64,000 bases of DNA from Candidatus Marinacidobacterales bacterium (GTDB lineage Bacteria > Acidobacteriota > Vicinamibacteria > Marinacidobacterales > SMYC01). The notes under the pieces were generated by a model. The model saw only the letters and a list, made by a program, of their open reading frames with translations, did not search any database and was not told the origin of the DNA. Below, in pieces: positions 31,626-42,668 of the stretch. Both the position numbers and the translations under genes were made by a program. Within the stretch, counting starts at the first letter, position 1; every line of letters begins with the position of its first letter. Location of the stretch: assembly GCA_965237955.1 (NCBI GenBank), contig OZ250169.1, positions 4,384,001-4,448,000 of the forward strand, given 5' to 3'.

Positions 31626-34427
31626 TCAAGCTTCGACGACTTCGAGCGCGCGCTCGAGGGGGTCCCTGAGATCTTGGAGATCCTCGGCGCGGTGGCGCGC
31701 CCAACAGCCGACACGAACGAGGGTGGTCGGCGACGTGTCGACGTCGAGCAAAGCTTTCACGACTTCGATCGGCTTGAGCGAAGGTGCACTGCTCGATTCC
31801 GCGAGGTGCAGCTCCAGTACGAGCTCGTCAGGAGCCCCGCCCCAGAGCGCCGCGGTTTCGCCCGCGGCGGTGAGGGTCGCTCTGAGAACCACCGTCTTGG
31901 CATCGACCGAGCGTCGCTTGCCTTTCCTCGTTACGTCGACCGGCAAGCTGGGTGCCCGCTCGAACGCGTCCAAGCGAGCACCATAGCTCAACGCGTCAGG
32001 ATCAGCGGGTAGCTGCACGAGGTAGCCCACCGCGTCGATCCGCTTGCCAAGCGCCGGCTCCGATTCCGAAAGACGTCGGAGCCCGACGAAACCGAGCCCC
32101 CCCTCGGTGGCTCCCTGGAGCGCGGACAGCAGCACGTCTTCCGGTCTCTCCTCCGTCAGCGCAAAGTCTAGGTACTCCGCGATCGATTGCATCCCGAGCG
32201 CCAGCGCCGGACCGAACGTGAGAACCGGACGCGGCGAGAAACCCTCGGAGTAGTAGAGAGGAAGGCCCGCACGACGAAAAATGCGCGGAAGCACACGCAC
32301 CATGCCCAAGTGCCCGCGAAGGCTCATCGGCACCGTTTTTCGATACCGGAGCCGATACCGCACTGGCGTTCCTTGCGCGAAGTCATGCGGCGCCAAACCC
32401 TGTTCGACCCGTGTGTGTGCGTTCTGCCTCTGGGTAACGTTATCCGGGCGCGCCGCGCTTGGCTCGGGCCTTTGGTGCGCACCCATCTGCTCGAGGAACA
32501 CCAGGCGCTCGTCCCGCATACCGGTGAGATCGCAAGCGACCCCGCAGTGGTAGCAGACGAGCTTGCGATGATCGGCACGGGCATCTTCGAGATTGGTGTG
32601 ATGCACCTTCGCATGAACCGGCTTTCCGCACGGCGGCGAGAATCGCCCTTTGAGCGTGCGCTTGTACTCCATCGCGAGAAAGCCATCGGCGAGCCCGACG
32701 TCGATGTGATCCCAGGGAAGCGCTCCGTCGACCGGGAGCGTCTGAAGAAACGTTTGCCGTGAGACGTCGCTTTCCTGCTCCCAAGCATCGAGGGCTCGAC
32801 ACCATACATCCCACGCCAAATGTTCATCCCAGCCGTCGAACCGCGCACCGCGGCGCCAAGCCCGTTCGATGAGCTCGGCCGCCCGGATGTCACCTCGCGC
32901 CAAAATACCTTCGAGGTGACTCACGCGAAGGTCGTGGGTTCGTAGCTTGAAGCCGTCTCGCTTGGATGCCTGTACGAGGACATCCTGCTTGCGCGCGATG
33001 TCATCCATCGAGTCCTGGGCGCACCACTGAAACGGCGTATGCGGCTTGGGCACGTGGCTCGACACTGATACAGTCACCGTCACCGTCGCGGGCTTGCGCT
33101 TGTGGTATTCCCGCCCAATGTTTTTCGCCTGGCGTCCCATTTCCGCAATCCCGACGACGTCCTCATCCTCTTCCGTAGGAAGCCCGATCATGAAATAAAG
33201 TTTGATCTTGCTCCATCCGCGGGAAAAGACGCGATGACAGGTCGTGTAGATGTCGTCTTCGGTGATGTTCTTGTTGACGACGTCGCGCATGCGCTGCGTA
33301 CCCGCTTCGGGAGCGAATGTGAGCCCGGTCGCCTTCACCGTCGCGATGTCGTCGAGGAGATCTTCATCCAGCCCGTACGCGCGCAAGCTCGAGATGCCGA
33401 GCGCCACTTTTTTCGGTCGGAGCTCCTTCATCACGTTCTTCACGAGCGGAGAGATGCACGAGTAATCGGCCGTCGACAGCGACGTGATCGCTGCTTCATC
33501 GTAGCCGCCTTTTTCGATCGCCGAGACGAGCGTGTCGACGATCTGGGCAGGATCGCGCTCACGGACGGGCCGGTAGATCATGCCCGCCTGGCAGAAACGG
33601 CATCCTTCGGTGCAGCCGCGCGCGATCTCGACCGACATGCGGTCGAAGATGGCTTCGGCGACGGGTACGGGCGAGTCGTCCGGATAGGGGAACTTGTTGA
33701 TATCAGCGAGGAACGCGCGCTTCACCCGTTCGGGAACACCGGCGTATTTGGGTCGAGTGACCGTCATCAAGCCGGAGCGATCGCACAACTCCCGCTCGTA
33801 GAGATCGGGGCAGTAGACGCCACCTTCCTTGGCGAGCTCGATGAGGATTTCGGTTCGCGTGAGCTTGCCGTTTCGCTGGAGCGCGACGTAGTGACGCATG
33901 AGCCGTGGAAGCCGTTCTTCAGCGTCGCCGATCACGAAGACGTCGATGAACGGCGCCATGGGCTCCGGCTGCGTCGCCACCGGTCCCCCGGCAACGACGA
34001 GTGGATCCGACAATCGACGCTCCCGATTTCTGAGTGGGATGCCGGACAAGTCGAGCATCGTGAGGATGTTCGTGAACGTGAGCTCGTACTGAAGCGAAAA
34101 TCCGACGATATCGAAATCCGAAAGCGGGCGGTGGGTCTCGAGGCTCACGAGCGGGAGCTCTCGCTCGCGGAGCTCCTTCTCGAGGTCGAACCACGGGCAG
34201 AAGGCCCGCTCGAGGCACAGGTCGTCTTGTTTATTAATGATGGAGTAGAGGATTTTCGTTCCTTGGTGGCTCATTCCAATGTCGTAGACATCGGGAAACG
34301 CCAACACCATCTTCGCATCGAGGGTGTCCCAATCCTTTGCCACCGAAAAATGCTCGCCTCCCACGTAGCGCGCAGGCTTCGACACCTCGTGAAGGAAATC
34401 GGCGTAGGGATGGTCCTGGAAGCTCAT
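31626..34427 (-). CDS. TIGR03960-type radical SAM protein fused to a DUF2344 (TIGR03936-type) domain
   Basis: KPARYVGGE, FPDVYDIGMSH, RGCTEGCRFCQAG (CxxxCxxC), APEAG, VPKPHTPFQW; C-terminal RRAGLPLYYSEGFSPRP. Confidence 0.93.
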   Translation of the reverse strand: MSFQDHPYADFLHEVSKPARYVGGEHFSVAKDWDTLDAKMVLAFPDVYDIGMSHQGTKILYSIINKQDDLCLERAFCPWFDLEKELRERELPLVSLETHRPLSDFDIVGFSLQYELTFTNILTMLDLSGIPLRNRERRLSDPLVVAGGPVATQPEPMAPFIDVFVIGDAEERLPRLMRHYVALQRNGKLTRTEILIELAKEGGVYCPDLYERELCDRSGLMTVTRPKYAGVPERVKRAFLADINKFPYPDDSPVPVAEAIFDRMSVEIARGCTEGCRFCQAGMIYRPVRERDPAQIVDTLVSAIEKGGYDEAAITSLSTADYSCISPLVKNVMKELRPKKVALGISSLRAYGLDEDLLDDIATVKATGLTFAPEAGTQRMRDVVNKNITEDDIYTTCHRVFSRGWSKIKLYFMIGLPTEEDEDVVGIAEMGRQAKNIGREYHKRKPATVTVTVSVSSHVPKPHTPFQWCAQDSMDDIARKQDVLVQASKRDGFKLRTHDLRVSHLEGILARGDIRAAELIERAWRRGARFDGWDEHLAWDVWCRALDAWEQESDVSRQTFLQTLPVDGALPWDHIDVGLADGFLAMEYKRTLKGRFSPPCGKPVHAKVHHTNLEDARADHRKLVCYHCGVACDLTGMRDERLVFLEQMGAHQRPEPSAARPDNVTQRQNAHTRVEQGLAPHDFAQGTPVRYRLRYRKTVPMSLRGHLGMVRVLPRIFRRAGLPLYYSEGFSPRPVLTFGPALALGMQSIAEYLDFALTEERPEDVLLSALQGATEGGLGFVGLRRLSESEPALGKRIDAVGYLVQLPADPDALSYGARLDAFERAPSLPVDVTRKGKRRSVDAKTVVLRATLTAAGETAALWGGAPDELVLELHLAESSSAPSLKPIEVVKALLDVDTSPTTLVRVGCWARHRAEDLQDLRDPLERALEVVEA

Positions 34428-34449
34428 GAGTAGCCTTCCAATGTAGCAC

Positions 34450-34926
34450 TCAATAGGCTTTTTTGTCGGGTAGGGCGCTCCAGTCGTCGAGGAGGCGCTG
34501 GCAGGCGTCTTTCATGAAACCGGACACGAGCTCGACGCGGCCGCCCCCGAGGCTTTTGAGCCTTCGATTCGAGACGACGAGCTCGTTGAACCCGAGCCGC
34601 TTCACGTCCCGTACCGTGGTGCCGAAGGTGATGCGCCGCATCTGCGCCCAGTTGATGGCGGCGAAGCACATGACGCACGGCTCGGTCGTCGAGTAAATTT
34701 CCGAGCCTCGAAAATGCGGCGTCCCCAACTTCCGCGCTGCCCGTGAAATGGCGCACATCTCGGCGTGCCGCGTGGAGTCGTTCGAGCGCAGAACCTCGTT
34801 GTGCCCCTTGGCGATGATCTTGCCCCGCCGCACAATCACCGCCCCGAACGGCCCGCCATTCCCGCGCTTCATGCCGCGGTGCGCTTCCGCGAGCGCCGCC
34901 TCCATGAACTTCGGCTCCCCACGCAC
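34450..34926 (-). CDS. Nucleoside/guanine deaminase (cytidine deaminase fold)
   Basis: GGPFGAVIV, HAEMCAI, EPCVMC zinc motifs; start inferred at GTG 34926. Confidence 0.9.
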   Translation of the reverse strand: MRGEPKFMEAALAEAHRGMKRGNGGPFGAVIVRRGKIIAKGHNEVLRSNDSTRHAEMCAISRAARKLGTPHFRGSEIYSTTEPCVMCFAAINWAQMRRITFGTTVRDVKRLGFNELVVSNRRLKSLGGGRVELVSGFMKDACQRLLDDWSALPDKKAY

Positions 34927-34927
34927 T

Positions 34928-35779
34928 TCAGCGGACTCCAACCTCCTGGAGTAGAACGTTCGGCGCGATCTCGATCGACTTTTCGAGCTCAGCCTGGGCT
35001 TCGTCGAGTCGATGCTGCGCCGTGAAGAGCAGACCCTGCATCGTGTGGATCGCTTCGCTTCGGATCCCGGCGTCCGCCGCACGATCGAGAAGCTCCTGGG
35101 TCGGTTCCATATCCCACTCGTAGATGAGCTCGTAGGCTGCCGCAGCCGCAAGGGCCTCCTCGTGATCGCCTTCGTCCAGCGCGAGAGCGAGCTCAGTGGC
35201 TTCCCGCGCGAGCTCCCGCGTCTCGTTCGGTGCGGCAAAACCCCAGAGCACGTTCACTACGTACGCTTGAACGAGACCGGCATGAGCAGAGGCATAGTCG
35301 GGATCCGCTTCGATCGCGCTTTCAAAGAGGAGGATCGCTCGGTTCACCGAGGCGGGAGTCGTTCGGGAAAGCTCGTACCGGCCCTTCAGATATTCCTCGT
35401 AAGCCTCCGGTAAGGGCGTCGGGCTCTCGGAAACGCCGAGCTCTTTCTCGATCGCAGTCGCTACAGACCGCGCAATCCCTTCTTGCACTTGGAACGCACT
35501 GTCGTCAGCTTCCTCGTAGCTCTCATTCCAAATCTGGCGGCCGTCACTGGCACGGATCAGCTGCGCGGCGATGCGTAGCGTATCGCCCGATTTGCGTACG
35601 CTGCCTTGCAGCACCGCATCCACCTGAAGGTCTTCACCAACAGCGCCAAGCTCGTGGTCGCGGAACGCAAATGCCGTCGTCCGCGGCACGACGTGGAGCC
35701 CTTCGACGCTCGCGAGCGTCGTCGTAATCTCTTCCGCGAGACCATCACCGTAGTAGCCGTAATCCCCGTTGGGGCTCAT
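34928..35779 (-). pseudogene. Fragment of a TolB-like/TPR protein (both ends missing)
   Basis: GDGLAEEITTTLA, GSVRKSGDTLRIAAQLI, EAYEEYLKGRY, DPDYASAHAGL; lacks the preceding AVLPF segment and N-terminal domain. Confidence 0.75.
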
Positions 35780-36042
35780 GCGCCCACACCTTTTGGAGAT
35801 GACGGGAAAATGATGAAGCTGCAACGGCTCGGGTGGAAACTCGAAAAGGACATTCAGAAAATCGACACCCCCTATCTCGCTCGGCGCGCGCGCCGAAAGC
35901 TCGACGAATTCTTTGACGAGCTCGAGCGTTATCGCGAACGTCAGCTCGCGGACGGCATCGCGATCGACGAGATGCAGGACTACATCGACCTGCGTGCCAC
36001 GGATCGACGAGATGATCCCACTCACGGGAGCGCCACTGCCCT

Positions 36043-38774
36043 CTACCGGTTGGCGAGACCATCCAGCAACTCGCGCACACTGTGCGTCAGGACGTCAGGC
36101 GTGAACGGCTTCTGAAGGAAAGCCGTCCCCGGCCTCAACAGACTGCCGCCCCCGACGGCCCAGGCCGAGTAGCCCGAAATGTAGAGCACATTCAGCTCCG
36201 GGCGCAGTGAGATTAGGCGCTTGACCAGCTCTTGACCGCTCATCCCCGGCATGATCATATCAGTCACCAGCAGATTGATCGGCCCCTCGTGCCGCTCGGA
36301 GATCTCGATGGCCTCTGGGCCGCCCGGCGCCTCCAGAACCGTGTAGCCGTTCCTCTGGAGGGTCTTGCGAGCCAGGGCGCGCACCGCCTCTTCGTCTTCC
36401 ACCAGCAGCACGGTCTCGGTGCCGTGCAGCGGCCTTGGGACAGTCTCGGGTTCGAGCAGCTCGGTGGCCTCGTCGACCCGCGGCAGGTAGATCTTGAACA
36501 TCGTGCCATGCCCCGGCTCGCTGTAAACGCTGATGAAGCCGTCGCTCTGTTTCACGATCCCGTAGACTGGCGTTGAGTGCGAGGTTCATGATCACTTGCC
36601 CGATCTGTCCCGGGTCGGCCTTGACGCTGCCGAGTTTAGAGCTCAGAGCGGTGATCAGCTCGACGTCCTCGCTGATCACGCGGCGGAGCATCTTCTCCAT
36701 CTCGGCCACGGAGGCGTTCAAATCGAGTATCTTGGGCGCCAGCATCTGCCGGCGGCCGAAGGCCAGGAGCTGGTGGGTCAAAGAGGCGGCACGTCCCGAG
36801 GCTTTCCTGATCTCCTGGACCTCTCCGCGCTGCAGGTCGGTGAGGTGCGAGTCATCGCTCAGCAGAAGCTCGGCGTTACCAATGATGACCATGAGCATGT
36901 TTGTTGAAGTCGTGGGCCACCCCGCCGGCCAGTCGGCCGATCGCCTCCAACTTTTGCGCCTGGCGAAGCTGCTCTTCAAGGCGCTTGCGCTCCAGTTCAC
37001 CACCAGCTCGCTCGGCGAAAATTCTCAATATTGACTCCGGCAAAACGCGCTGTTCCATCGGCCCATCGTGCATCACACCCAGATGTCCAAGCGCATTGCC
37101 CGCTGAATCGAAAAGCGGGATCGCCAAGTAGCTCTCTATCCCGGCCTCTCTGAGCCAAATATCATCGGGAAAATGTTCCTGGACGCCCGCGGCATAGAAC
37201 GTGACTTTCTTGCTTATCACTTCTTCGCACGGTGTACCTCTTACGGAGTAAACGAAGGTTTCGCCGTAGCCCGTACCCGTCCAGAAGGAAATGAGGCGGA
37301 GCCTCTCACCTTTCGCGTCAGCCAACTCAGATACGAATGAAAACTTTACCTCGATTGCCGCGGCCAGTTGCCGAACTAACTGCCGGAAGAACTCCTCACC
37401 AGTCGCCGCGGCCGTCCCCTCGACAGTGAGACGCCGCAGCGCGTCCTCCGTCCGCTTGCGCTCGGTGCTGTCCTCAACAGTGACTGATACACCTTGCATG
37501 ACACCCTCGGACGACTTGAATGGGTAGAAGTTGACCACCCAATCTTTTTCCACGCCAGGTTGGGCTGGAGTCGTGCCGTGGACATCGATGCCAAGTACCG
37601 GCTGACCGGTTTCGAGAACCTGGCGATAGAGCGGTTCTACCCTCGGTGCGATATCCGGGACGACCTCACTAAGGGTTCGGCCGATGTGCTCAACGATCGG
37701 CTTTCCGTTAATGTCCGCCAAATCTTGGTTGATACGCATGTACCGGAGCTCCGTGTTTAACAGGCACATGCCGACTGGTGCAGTCGTGTAGACTTGATCA
37801 AGTTCCGCGAGCCGCGTCTGCAAGTCGGCAGTGCGTTCTCGGACACGCTGCTCAAGTTCTTCGTTTGCCTTGCGGAGTCTCTCAGCTAATGCGCGAGACC
37901 TTTCCTCGCTCTCCCTCAACGTCTCCTCCGCCCGCTTGCGCTCGGTGATGTCTTCCGCGATCCCGACAACGCGGTGGATGTCTCCGCGATCGGTCCGGAT
38001 CGGAAACAGGCGGTCGTGTATCCAGCAGACCGATTGGTCGGGTCGTTTGATGCGATACTCCTCGTCGTATTCCCCTGTTCGTTGTGATTTCTTGAACGCG
38101 GCGTTCACGCGCTCAGCATCCTCCGAAATGATATTGTCTGCCCAGGAAGAGGGCTGCTTGTACAAACTCTCGCATGTTCGGCCAAAGATCCGCTCGTACG
38201 CAGGATTGACGTACAAAGCCGTGTAATCTTCGTTATCTGCTAGGTAGACGACCTCCTGGAGGTTCTCCGCAATCTGACGAAACAGCTCCTCGCTCTCCTG
38301 CAGCCTCTCCTCCGACCGCTTGAGCTCGCTGATGTCACGTGAGACGGTGGAGAAGAACTCAATCTCCCCATCGGGCATCTTATGGCCGAGGAGCACCATC
38401 GACGTGGGAATCTCGTGTCCATCGCGGTGCAGGAACGCGACCTCTCCAGTCCAGACACCGTCACTCACGGCTGCAGGAAGCGCTTCGTCAAACAGCAGCG
38501 TGTTTGTCCCATCAGGATGAAGTTCCGTACTGCTCAACCCTGAGACGTCCTCATCTTTCCCAACGCCAACCATTTCTCGACCGGCCCTGTTGATATAGAG
38601 AACGCGCCCCTTCGGATCGGCAAAGGCGGTGAAATCCGTCGTCCCCTCCAGAAAGGCGGCAAGACGTTTTTGAGCCTGCCCCGGCTCCGAGGCTTCGAAT
38701 TCAGTTAGTCGTTGGCGGAGCTCTGCCAATTCGCGTAGAAGGTCGGCTTTTGTCTTGTTTTGGTCCTTCTTCAT
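36043..38774 (-). pseudogene. Multi-PAS/GAF hybrid sensor histidine kinase-receiver, frameshifted and internally deleted
   Basis: Three PAS domains, GAF, GGVAHDFN then frameshift near 36899; NLALNA joined directly to VYGIVKQ (G-box region lost); intact REC domain. Confidence 0.88.
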
Positions 38775-39000
38775 TTCTGTACCTCTACAGAAAGGGATCT
38801 TCGCCGTTGTACTTCGCTACTGGGTACGACTGGCTTGGCGATCAGGCCCACCGCTCGACCTGGGCGATACCCCAGCAGGGCATCGTTGAGCCACATAACA
38901 TGAATTCCGTCTCTGTCCGCGTAAATCGGCTTTTGCGCGAGGCCTTCGTATGCGCGGTGCGCGGGCATCCGGAGATCCACGAGAACCGCGTCGTACCATC

Positions 39001-39114
39001 GACCTCGCGGTCGAGCCTCGTGTCGCGGGCACGGTAGACTTCACCCACGCCGCCGGCTCCAATGGCCGACGTGATTTCGTACGGGCCTAGGCGGGTTCCG
39101 GAGGTGAGAGCCAT
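39001..39114 (-). pseudogene. N-terminal stub of a Ser/Thr protein kinase
   Basis: [38 protein letters not shown] then unrelated sequence. Confidence 0.85.
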
Positions 39115-39289
39115 TCCTAACCTGAGGAGGAATCTAGCGGACTGTGGGGACGGAATCAACCCACAAGGGGGAGGTTTGTATCAGGTGTAGACGTGGACGG
39201 CCAGCGCATCGACACCCACCAGCGCTGGGGTCGCGCACCAACTACACCACGCGCGGGACAGCGGCAGGGGGGCTGGACGACAAATCGCG

Positions 39290-40867
39290 CTAGCCGCGCA
39301 AAAAACGTCGCGCGGCTTCTTCGCGGCGGAGCTTTCCGCTGGACGTTCGCGGCAATGCGCCCGGGTCGAGCAGAACGACGCGGTGGGGTACGAAGCCGGT
39401 GCGCTCCGACAGCACCGCGGAGATCAACTTCACCGCATCGGGTCTCGGCGATTTCGACTCGGCGAGGATGACGAGCTCTTCGCCTCCATCGGTCACGATC
39501 GATGTCGCCACGACCGCGCCGGTGCGAACGCCTGCAACACCCTCCAACGCCTCCTCGAAAAGCTCAGGCGCGTAGTTGCCGCCCCGTAACACGACCTTGT
39601 CGCGATCCCGCCCCGTAAGAAAGAGCTCACCTTCATCGAGAAACCCCTCGTCCCCCGTTTCGAGCCAGCCGTCGACGAGCGCGTTCTTGGTCGCGGCATC
39701 GTTGCCCAGATAGCCGCTCATGATCGAGGGGCCTCGAACGAGAACACGGCCAAAACCTTCGGCTCCGCGCGCGATTTTGACCTCGAAGCCCGGAAGCGGC
39801 TCGCCTGCGCTCACGATCGGCCGGCCCTCGAAGGTACGCATGCGGAATCGGCGTTTTGGAGGGGAGAATGTCACCGCGAGCCCCGCCTCGGCCAAGCCAT
39901 ACACGGGCGTCAACGCTTCTTCGCGCAGGCCGTAGTGGCGAAAGCGCTCGTAGAAGCGTTCGAGTGTCGAAGGCGTCACCGCTTCCGCGCCATCGAGCGC
40001 AAGGCGCCAACTCGACAGATCGATGCCGTCGAGCTCATCGTCACGAATACGGTCGAGGCACAGCGCGTAGGCGAAGTGCGGAGCAGCGCTCACGCTCGCA
40101 CGGTAGTGCGAGATCGCTTGAAGCCAACGCGCAGGACGGGCGACGAAAAGCTCGGGCGACATCAGCGCTAGCGGTCCCGGACGGACGAGCGCGGTGAGAA
40201 GCGCGCCGACTAACCCCATGTCGTGATAGAGCGGCAACCACGACACCCCACGATGCTCGAACCCATCGCTCTCGGGGTACGCGGTGAGAAACGCGCCGAG
40301 GATCGCGTGCACATTGGCGAGAACCTGCGCGTGCGTCAACGCAACTGCCTTGGGTGCATCGGTAGTGCCCGAAGAGAATTGAACGAGAGCCAAAGCGTCG
40401 GGGGAGACCTCGACCTTTGCCCGCGTGCCGCGAGGAAGCTCGGACACGCACAGCGTGCCGAGCTCGCTCGAGGCTCGCGAGAGAAGGCTCCGGTTCCGCT
40501 CACCCGCCAACAAGATCCGCGCCCTCGACGCGCGTAGCATACCCGCCGTCGAACGCAGGTAGTCGTCCACGGGGCCAAAGCGTCGAGGTAGCGGGAGTGA
40601 CACCGGCACCGCTCCCGCGACCACGGCGCCGAAAAACCCGTCGTAGAACTGGATGCTCGTCGGTATGGCGACGGCGACCCGATCGCCTTCGACAATACCC
40701 AACGATCGCAGACCGGAAGCGACGTCGAGGGCGCGCTCGTGGATGTCGGCGTAGCTATGGAACGCGTCACGATCACTCCCCGCGCGTCTGGCAAAGTGAA
40801 CGCCGACGGCGACATCAGTGCCGGCGGCACGTTCGAGGCACCCGGAGAGGGTCTTCGGCTCGGTCAC
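39290..40867 (-). CDS. Fatty acyl-AMP ligase (FAAL)
   Basis: VQFSSGTTDAPKAV, SWLPLYHDMGL, PVYGLAEAGLAV, ETGDEG, LPRTSSGKLRR. Confidence 0.92.
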   Translation of the reverse strand: MTEPKTLSGCLERAAGTDVAVGVHFARRAGSDRDAFHSYADIHERALDVASGLRSLGIVEGDRVAVAIPTSIQFYDGFFGAVVAGAVPVSLPLPRRFGPVDDYLRSTAGMLRASRARILLAGERNRSLLSRASSELGTLCVSELPRGTRAKVEVSPDALALVQFSSGTTDAPKAVALTHAQVLANVHAILGAFLTAYPESDGFEHRGVSWLPLYHDMGLVGALLTALVRPGPLALMSPELFVARPARWLQAISHYRASVSAAPHFAYALCLDRIRDDELDGIDLSSWRLALDGAEAVTPSTLERFYERFRHYGLREEALTPVYGLAEAGLAVTFSPPKRRFRMRTFEGRPIVSAGEPLPGFEVKIARGAEGFGRVLVRGPSIMSGYLGNDAATKNALVDGWLETGDEGFLDEGELFLTGRDRDKVVLRGGNYAPELFEEALEGVAGVRTGAVVATSIVTDGGEELVILAESKSPRPDAVKLISAVLSERTGFVPHRVVLLDPGALPRTSSGKLRREEAARRFLRG

Positions 40868-41106
40868 TTCGTATCAAGCCTATTCGAGACCGCATCCACC
40901 ACGTCACCGATGGTTTCGATGCCCGCTTCGTCGCCCTCGTCGAAGCAAATCTTGAAGTGGTTCTCGATCTCGACCACGAACGTGAGCTGCTGGATCGAAT
41001 CGAGCTCGAGGTCGCGAAAAAGATGGGTCGCCTCATCGACGTCGACGATGGTCAGATGCTCCTCCAGAACCTGTCGCACATCGCGGAGAACACTCGCGCG
41101 GTCCAC
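40864..41106 (-). CDS. Acyl carrier protein
   Basis: DLELDSI phosphopantetheine motif, EIENHFKI, IETIGDVV; start GTG 41106 or TTG 41118. Confidence 0.9.
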   Translation of the reverse strand: MDRASVLRDVRQVLEEHLTIVDVDEATHLFRDLELDSIQQLTFVVEIENHFKICFDEGDEAGIETIGDVVDAVSNRLDTK

Positions 41107-41108
41107 GA

Positions 41109-41624
41109 TTATTGACAATGCGTTGCCAGCGCCTCGTTCTCGCAGCGAATCCGGACCGAGAGCATCCACGCGTTGAGGAACGTGACCGTGACCGCGGTGA
41201 TCCACGCCGTGTGGATGAGAGGCACGGCGAATCCTTCGAGGACGACCGCCAAATAGTTGGGGTGTTTCAGCACACGATAAGGACCCGCTGTGACCGCGGG
41301 CAACCCGGGAACGACGATGACGCGAACGTTCCAGCGTTTTCCCAGCGTGAAGATCACCCAATAGCGGATCGCCTGCGCACAAAGCGCCACGCCCAACATC
41401 GGAAAGCCGAGACTCGGGATGAACGGACGATCGAGCAGGATCACTTCGAGCGCGCAGGCGACGAAAAACGACGTATGGAGCAACTTCATGTATTTGAAGT
41501 GCTCACCACCGTATTCGATGCCGCCTTGTTCGAGCGACCACGCGGCGTTGCGCCTGCTGATGGCGAGCTCGACGAGACGCTCGCCCGCAAGCAGGAGCAG
41601 AAAAGCAAGGTAGAGACCTACCAT
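41109..41624 (-). CDS. Isoprenylcysteine carboxyl methyltransferase family (SrsB/BpsB-like)
   Basis: ERLVELAISRRN, TLGKRWNVR, GPYRVLKHPNY, RIRCENEAL; start overlaps the PKS stop. Confidence 0.92.
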   Translation of the reverse strand: MVGLYLAFLLLLAGERLVELAISRRNAAWSLEQGGIEYGGEHFKYMKLLHTSFFVACALEVILLDRPFIPSLGFPMLGVALCAQAIRYWVIFTLGKRWNVRVIVVPGLPAVTAGPYRVLKHPNYLAVVLEGFAVPLIHTAWITAVTVTFLNAWMLSVRIRCENEALATHCQ

Positions 41625-42667
41625 CGAAGCAAAACCATCTCGGAACAAAAACCGGGACCGAGGGCGGTGAGAATCCCGTAGCTTCCGGCGGCGGGCGAAC
41701 GCGAACGCAGCGTTTCCCCGAGCACCATCAGAACCGACGCCGAGGATACGTTCCCTATTCGCTTCAAGCTGTCCCAGGTAATCGAGAGCGCGTCGGCTTC
41801 GATCTCGAGCGCCTTTTGGAACGCTTCGAGCACCCTCGGTCCACCCGGATGACACACGAACGTTTCGATGTCTGCGAGGGTGAGCCCGTGCGCTTCGAGA
41901 AAGTCGTCCACGTTCTCGCGAACTTCGGCTTTTACCAGATTCGGGATGTCGGCCGAGAGCACGACGTGAAACCCTTCCTGCTTGATGTCCCACCCCATGA
42001 CGCGCTCGGTATCCGGGTAAAAGATGGACCGCGTCGCCACCACACTCGGCCCGCTCGGCTCGCACTCGGCGCCGACGACGAGCACGGCTGCCGCGGCATC
42101 ACCGAAAAGCCCGGATGCGATGATGTTCGGGATGGAGAGGTCTTTGCGCTGGAGGGTAAGGCTGCAAAGCTCGACGGAGACGACGAGCGCGGTTTGATCG
42201 GGAAACGCCCGGACGTAGTCGGCAGCACGGGTGATACCGACGGCTCCGGCAACGCATCCGAGACCGAACACCGGCGTTCTCTTGACATCGGAGCGCACGC
42301 CGAGGCGGTTGAAGATGCGCGCATCGATGGACGGAGTCGCGATGCCGGTCGTGCTCACGAAGAACACGTGGTCGACGTCGCGCAAGGTCATTCCCAAAGG
42401 CTCGAGGGTGTTTTGGACTGCTTCGGAGCCGACGTCGACGGCGACGCGGATGAAGGCATCGTTGGCGTCGGAAAACGAGTCGAGCTTCAGGTACTCGTCG
42501 ATGGGAAGCGCCAGGTGCCGCCCTCCAACGAGAACGTTTTGGTGCAGCTGATCCAGACGCTCGAGGTTGTGGTGGCGCTTCGCCCAGTGCTGCTTCAAGT
42601 TGGCCGACAGTGCTTCCTGGGAGTAATAGTTCTTGGGAAACGCCGTGCCGACGCTCGCGATTCTCAT
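41618..42667 (-). CDS. Type III polyketide synthase (SrsA/BpsA/FtpA-like)
   Basis: Catalytic triad GLGCVAG, CHPGGP, GNVSS; VELCSL, LFGDAA, GPGF. Confidence 0.97.
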   Translation of the reverse strand: MRIASVGTAFPKNYYSQEALSANLKQHWAKRHHNLERLDQLHQNVLVGGRHLALPIDEYLKLDSFSDANDAFIRVAVDVGSEAVQNTLEPLGMTLRDVDHVFFVSTTGIATPSIDARIFNRLGVRSDVKRTPVFGLGCVAGAVGITRAADYVRAFPDQTALVVSVELCSLTLQRKDLSIPNIIASGLFGDAAAAVLVVGAECEPSGPSVVATRSIFYPDTERVMGWDIKQEGFHVVLSADIPNLVKAEVRENVDDFLEAHGLTLADIETFVCHPGGPRVLEAFQKALEIEADALSITWDSLKRIGNVSSASVLMVLGETLRSRSPAAGSYGILTALGPGFCSEMVLLRW

Positions 42668-42668
42668 G

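Noticed and set aside
34927-35238. Extended N-terminus of the deaminase ORF
   Set aside because: Alternate frame of the TPR fragment; deaminase motifs begin near 34926.
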